Assembly: GCA_046758505.1 (NCBI GenBank)
Contig: JBHIAH010000023.1
Span: 1 to 33,320 of the forward strand
From: Candidatus Methylomirabilales bacterium
GTDB lineage: Bacteria; Methylomirabilota; Methylomirabilia; Methylomirabilales; CSP1-5
Length of the DNA: 33,320 nt
Direction: 5' to 3'
Part shown: piece after piece, positions 29,469 to 33,320 of the stretch
Position numbering within the stretch: the first letter of the stretch is position 1
Layout: the number at the start of each line of letters is the position of its first letter
The notes under the pieces: generated by a model
The model's input: only the letters and a program-made list of their open reading frames with translations
Told to the model about the DNA's origin: nothing
The model's database searches: none
Position numbers and translations under genes: made by a program

Positions 29469-30313
29469 GCCAGGAGGATATTCGGGCCCTGCGGAGGGAG
29501 CTCGCTCTGCTCAGGCAAGAGATCCGTGCCCTCCGGGTGGGCACCGGGCGAGGCCTCACTTCTCTCGAGGAGGTGCTCCGGCGGCGTGGGATTGCGGTCG
29601 CCCGTGCCAACCCGGCCGATGATCTCCTCTTGCCTTCCCGGCTTTCCGCCCGGATGCTAAAACGCCTCTACGACCTCCTCAAAAAGTATTCCTTCCGCCT
29701 CTTCCTCCGGGATGTCATCGCCCACGGGGATCACCTCACCGAAAAGGGGCTCACCCGGTTCTGCTCTCGGAAGACGGTCGCCGAATACCTCGCGGTCCTC
29801 TCGCAGGCCCGAATCGTGCGGCCCAACGGGCGGGGGAGGTACCGGTTGGCCAAGCGGCTCTACAGCTTCGGCCCGACCCTGGAGTGGTACGTGGCCCAGG
29901 TCTTTCAGCGGGAGTTTTGCTCGCCGGCGCTGTGGGGGGTGCGCCTCCTGGACATGGCGCCCGGGGGGGATTACGATGTCCTCACCCTGGTGGAGGGGGA
30001 TCTGTTGTACGTCGAGGTCAAGTCCTCGCCCCCAAAGCACATCGAGCAACGTGAGATCGCCGCCTTTCTCGAGCGGGTTACAGAATTGATTCCGAACGCC
30101 GCCCTTTTTTTCGTGGACACGGAGCTGCGCATGAAGGATAAGATCGTCCCGATGTTTGAGGCGGAATTGCGCCGGCGCGGGAGGGCGCCGCATCTGAGAC
30201 GCCTGGTGGATGAGCTGTTCCTGTGCGCGGACCGGATCTTCCTGGTGAACAGCAAGCCGGGACTCGTGAGCAGTGTGGGGCGCTGCCTGCGGTATTGGCT
30301 CGGCAACCGATGA
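29465..30313 (+). CDS. uncharacterised protein: N-terminal coiled coil, putative winged helix, C-terminal PD-(D/E)XK nuclease-like domain
   Basis: ATG 29465 overlaps gmhB stop (ATGA); GPTLEWYV ... GDYDVL ... YVEVKS. Confidence 0.7.
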   Translation: MSQEDIRALRRELALLRQEIRALRVGTGRGLTSLEEVLRRRGIAVARANPADDLLLPSRLSARMLKRLYDLLKKYSFRLFLRDVIAHGDHLTEKGLTRFCSRKTVAEYLAVLSQARIVRPNGRGRYRLAKRLYSFGPTLEWYVAQVFQREFCSPALWGVRLLDMAPGGDYDVLTLVEGDLLYVEVKSSPPKHIEQREIAAFLERVTELIPNAALFFVDTELRMKDKIVPMFEAELRRRGRAPHLRRLVDELFLCADRIFLVNSKPGLVSSVGRCLRYWLGNR

Positions 30314-30548
30314 CCGACGACGGCTCGACTGAGCTCGCCGAAGTGCGCCAGCCAAGAGCCCGGAGGGACCTTCCTCGGTGGCGCCAAATTCTCCGAGGAC
30401 GTGAAGCGCCGGGGCAGTGTTGCGCATGGTTAGGCGTTGTGATTCCCCAATGCGGGCCACCCCCGCCTGCACTGCGCTCCGGCGGCGGGCCCCCGGCCAG
30501 ACGCAAGCCAGATGTCGCCAGCCTCGGAAGGAACCCCCTCCTCGCTCT

Positions 30549-30576
30549 TTGCGACATCGGACTTCGGACGTCGAAC
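30549..30576. repeat. heptamer array (NTCGGAC-like), same family as the array at 22488
   Basis: TTGCGAC ATCGGAC TTCGGAC GTCGAAC; GATGTCGC (30511-30518) is complementary to GCGACATC (30551-30558). Confidence 0.7.
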
Positions 30577-30587
30577 GGGAGTGAACC

Positions 30588-31391
30588 GTGATACGGCGAG
30601 CGGCGGTGGCGGGGTTATTTTACGATGGAAGTGGGAGGGCGCTGCGCCCGCAGGTAGAGGACCTCGTGCCTCGGGCGGAGGAGAAGGTCAAGGCGATCGG
30701 GGTCGTCGTCCCCCATGCCGGGTATCTCTACTCCGGCGGGGTCGCGGGGGCGGTTTACGGCCGCGTGAATCCTCCTGAGACCTGTGTCGTCCTAGGCCCC
30801 AACCATAGCGGGATGGGGGCCGGGGCGGCGATCATGACCGCTGGGACATGGGAGACCCCTTTGGGGGAGGTGACCGTCGACCCGGAACTGGCACGGGCCA
30901 TCGTCGATCGGTCCCGGGTCCTTGAAGAGGATGATCGGGCCCATCGGAAAGAGCACTCGATCGAGGTCCACCTCCCGTTCCTTCAGGTCCTGTTTCCCGG
31001 GATCCCCTTTGTCCCCATCTGCCTCTGGAGTCATGAATACGGCGCATGCCGGGATGTGGGGCAGGCGGTGGCCGAGGCGATCCGAGGTTCGAGTAGGCAG
31101 GTGCTCCTCATCGCCAGCACGGACATGAGCCACTACATTTCGCACGACATCGCAGAGGTCAAAGATCGGACGGCCATCGAGGCGATGCTGGAGTTGGACC
31201 CCGAACGGCTGCACGCGACCGTTCTTCGGGAGCGGATCAGCATGTGCGGCTTCCATCCGACCACCGCGATGCTCATTGCGGCGAAGGCGCTTGGCGCGAG
31301 CAGGGCCGAGCTGATCCGCTACGCGACCTCGGGGGATGTGACCAAGGATTACTCCTCCGTCGTCGGCTACGCCGGCTTGATCATACGTTAG
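30588..31391 (+). CDS. amrB: AmmeMemoRadiSam system protein B (MEMO1 family)
   Basis: R.AAVAG.FY, PHAGY.YSG, LGPNH, EHSIEV.LPFLQ, ASTDMSHY, SMCG, VVGYA. Confidence 0.95.
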   Translation: MIRRAAVAGLFYDGSGRALRPQVEDLVPRAEEKVKAIGVVVPHAGYLYSGGVAGAVYGRVNPPETCVVLGPNHSGMGAGAAIMTAGTWETPLGEVTVDPELARAIVDRSRVLEEDDRAHRKEHSIEVHLPFLQVLFPGIPFVPICLWSHEYGACRDVGQAVAEAIRGSSRQVLLIASTDMSHYISHDIAEVKDRTAIEAMLELDPERLHATVLRERISMCGFHPTTAMLIAAKALGASRAELIRYATSGDVTKDYSSVVGYAGLIIR

Positions 31392-31452
31392 GCCGAGAAT
31401 CTCCCGCCCATACGTGGCCGAGTCCTGATCTGATCCCTGTCCGACCACTCTG

Positions 31453-31492
31453 TTGACAGCTGAGAATGTTGCAGCTACAATAGGAGCTACAA
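31453..31492 (+). promoter_or_regulatory. TA operon sigma70 promoter with operator repeats
   Basis: TTGACA(31453-31458)-N17-TACAAT(31476-31481); AGCTACAA at 31473 and 31485 (12 bp apart), the first lying within the near-palindrome TGCAGCTACA. Confidence 0.85.
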
Positions 31493-31505
31493 AGGGAGGT
31501 ACATT

Positions 31506-31742
31506 ATGAAGTTCGTTGGTGTCCGGGAGCTCCGGAATAAGACCGGAGACGTCCTAAACGCCGTCCGGAAGGGAGAGAAGGTCATCCTAACCAAGAGAGG
31601 CAAACCGTTTGCGGCGATGGCTCGCCTGCGGGAGGAAGAGATCGAGCGCTTGGTCTTGGAGGGCCGGGAGTGGCTCAAGCTCTCCGAATCGGCCTTCGAC
31701 TTCTGGAACAATGAAGAGGACGAGATCTGGAACAAGGTGTAG
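31506..31742 (+). CDS. type II antitoxin, Phd/YefM (prevent-host-death) family N-terminus
   Basis: VGVRELRNK...L..V..GE.VILTKRGKP.A; acidic C-terminal tail; GGGAGGT RBS. Confidence 0.9.
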   Translation: MKFVGVRELRNKTGDVLNAVRKGEKVILTKRGKPFAAMARLREEEIERLVLEGREWLKLSESAFDFWNNEEDEIWNKV

Positions 31743-32076
31743 GCAGGGAGATGTCATTCTGCTTCCCTTTCCCTTTACAGACCTCGCTGCGGTCAAGCGC
31801 AGGCCCGCCCTGGTAGTCTCATCCGATCGATTCCACACCCATTTCGAAGATGTCATCCTGGTCGCGATGACTTCCCTGGTGCCACCTGCCCTGACCGAAT
31901 TCGAGATGCTTTTGAGATCGCGCGATATGGCCCTTGGCCATCTCCCCAAGCCGAGCGTGGTCAAGCTGGGCAAGATCTTCACGGCCCACCGTAGCCTTAT
32001 CGTGAAGAGGGTCGGACGCGTGCAGAAAGGGAGTCTCATGAAAATTCTGGCCCGTCTCCGGCAGCTTTTCACGTGA
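31711..32076 (+). CDS. type II toxin, PemK/MazF family endoribonuclease
   Basis: GDVILLPFPFTD....KRRPALVVS, VILVAMTS, L.KPS.VK..KI.T; ATG 31711 overlaps antitoxin by 32 nt. Confidence 0.9.
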   Translation: MKRTRSGTRCRQGDVILLPFPFTDLAAVKRRPALVVSSDRFHTHFEDVILVAMTSLVPPALTEFEMLLRSRDMALGHLPKPSVVKLGKIFTAHRSLIVKRVGRVQKGSLMKILARLRQLFT

Positions 32077-32091
32077 GCCGGGAATTGTCAA

Positions 32092-32424
32092 ATGACCCCA
32101 ACTCTTGTTTCAAGACCCTATATCGACCGCCCATCCGGTACCAAGAGGAGACATCATCTTCACGAATCGGTTTTACAAAGGGCGGTAAAAGAAGCGGTCC
32201 GCAAGGCCGGGATATCCAAGCCTGCAAGCTGCCATGCATTCCGTCACTCTTTCGCCACCCACCTCCTAGAAGATGGCTACGACATCAGGACCGTCCAGGA
32301 ACTTCTGGGCCACAGAGATGTGAGCACAACGATGATCTACACCCATGTCCTGAATCGCGGGGGCCGGGGTGTCCGCAGCCCGGCCGATGAGCTCGGCATG
32401 GGCCCGGGGCGGCTGCAGCCCTAA
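32092..32424 (+). pseudogene. intI: 5'-truncated integron integrase (C-terminal ~100 aa only)
   Basis: IntI-specific segment [65 protein letters not shown]-terminal two-thirds absent. Confidence 0.9.
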
Positions 32425-32482
32425 CAGGAATAGGCTGACAACTGCTGCAGTGTTTATCGGCCACACCGGACAGCAGAAAACG

Positions 32483-32511
32483 TTGACAAGCCCTTGGAAA
32501 GGTTAGAGAAT
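32483..32511 (+). promoter_or_regulatory. putative cassette promoter (Pc-like)
   Basis: TTGACA(32483-32488)-N17-GAGAAT(32506-32511), pointing into the cassette. Confidence 0.45.
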
Positions 32512-32543
32512 TTCGCCAACGGCCGGCGGTTCGGCCAGGCGAG

Positions 32544-32574
32544 ATAGGCTGACCAATCTACTCAATAGTTAGCC
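32544..32574 (+). mobile_element. integron recombination site (attI-like)
   Basis: GTTAGCC (GTTRRRY-like) at 32568-32574, 17 nt 5' of the cassette ATG; CTA-N7-GTT spacing as in attI1; ATAGGCTGAC direct repeat at 32430 and 32544. Confidence 0.65.
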
Positions 32575-32590
32575 GCTGAGAGGTAACCGC

Positions 32591-33320
32591 ATGTTACTGA
32601 CCGTCGATATAAGAACCGGCTTTGCCGAGCGGCGGAGAACGCAGCGCTTGCAATCCTTCGGTCTAGACGAACGCGGGCTACAGGACATTCTGTTCAAGTC
32701 TTTGGATCGTCTGTTCCCTGACGACGAACTCCTCCTTCTAATGCAATCCCGGTTCTGGCAGGAGGAGCCCGATCTAATGGCTTTGGACCGGGATGGTCAC
32801 CTCTATATATTCGAACTGAAGGCTTGGGAATCTCACAGTACCAACCTACTGCAGGTCCTACGATACGGCCAAATCTTTGGTAGCTCCACTTATACAGACC
32901 TAGATACGTGGTACCGAAAATCGACTGATTCAATGCAGCCGCTCCGGAGCGCACACGCAGCGAAGTTCGGCGTCTCGCTGCCCGAGAAAGAATTTAACGG
33001 AACTCAAGTATTCGTGATTATTACCAATGGCCTCGATCATAAGACGCGAGAAGCGATTCAATACTGGCGCTCCGCAGGACTAGATGTACGACCTTGGCTG
33101 TATCGTGTGTATTCGGGAGAAGATAATGAAATGTTGCTGGAGATCAACGCGTTCCGAGTAGACGATAATCCGTACGAAGACCTAGCGGAGGGTTACTACA
33201 TCCTCAACACGAATAGCAGCAACAGCGAAGAAGACCATGCTGACATGTTGGCTAACCGCAAGGCAGCAGCATATTTCGATCCGTGGAAGTACAAGATCGA
33301 GCGCCTAGCGAAGGGCGATG
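32591..33320 (+). CDS. integron cassette ORF (partial, >243 aa): NucS-like PD-(D/E)XK nuclease plus putative EVE/PUA-like domain
   Basis: translated by hand: MLLTVDIRTG...LDERGLQDIL...EEPDLMALDRDGHLYIFELK...LLQVLRY...YYILNTN...DMLANRKAAAYFDPWKYKIERLAKGD; GAGAGG RBS; open to window end; lower GC. Confidence 0.8.
   Translation, partial: MLLTVDIRTGFAERRRTQRLQSFGLDERGLQDILFKSLDRLFPDDELLLLMQSRFWQEEPDLMALDRDGHLYIFELKAWESHSTNLLQVLRYGQIFGSSTYTDLDTWYRKSTDSMQPLRSAHAAKFGVSLPEKEFNGTQVFVIITNGLDHKTREAIQYWRSAGLDVRPWLYRVYSGEDNEMLLEINAFRVDDNPYEDLAEGYYILNTNSSNSEEDHADMLANRKAAAYFDPWKYKIERLAKGD

Noticed and set aside
31609..31710. Extended N-terminus of the MazF-like toxin
   Set aside because: Would overlap more than half of the antitoxin gene; family homology starts near GDVILL
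32694..32954. 86-aa minus-strand ORF
   Set aside because: Antisense to the much longer + strand cassette ORF, which has an RBS and nuclease motifs

Overview
GC-rich diderm bacterial chromosome segment with all supported genes on the + strand. The gene mix suggests a Methylomirabilota/Nitrospirota/Desulfobacterota-like organism, but this is inference only. About 31 kb is housekeeping: rpsB-tsf-pyrH-frr-cdsA, a probably exported YyaL/SSP411 + DUF3105 fusion, lnt-prfB (+1 programmed frameshift)-lysS-lolC/E-lolD, mcsA-like + clpC (no mcsB), bamA-skp-fabZ-lpxA-lpxI-gnnA-like-lpxB-DUF374-waaA-lpxK-lpxL-waaF-gmhB, an uncharacterised PD-(D/E)XK-type protein and amrB. The last ~1.9 kb is accessory. 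It holds a Phd-type/MazF-type toxin-antitoxin pair with a clear promoter and operator, a 5'-truncated integron integrase pointing towards an attI-like site, and a lower-GC first cassette. That cassette is absent from the ORF track because it runs off the window, and it encodes a NucS-like PD-(D/E)XK nuclease apparently fused to an EVE/PUA-like domain. The main unexplained structure is a family of intergenic 7-/8-nt tandem arrays. Several are arranged as inverted arms, and in two spacers these start a few nt after a stop codon and end 1 nt before the next ATG.
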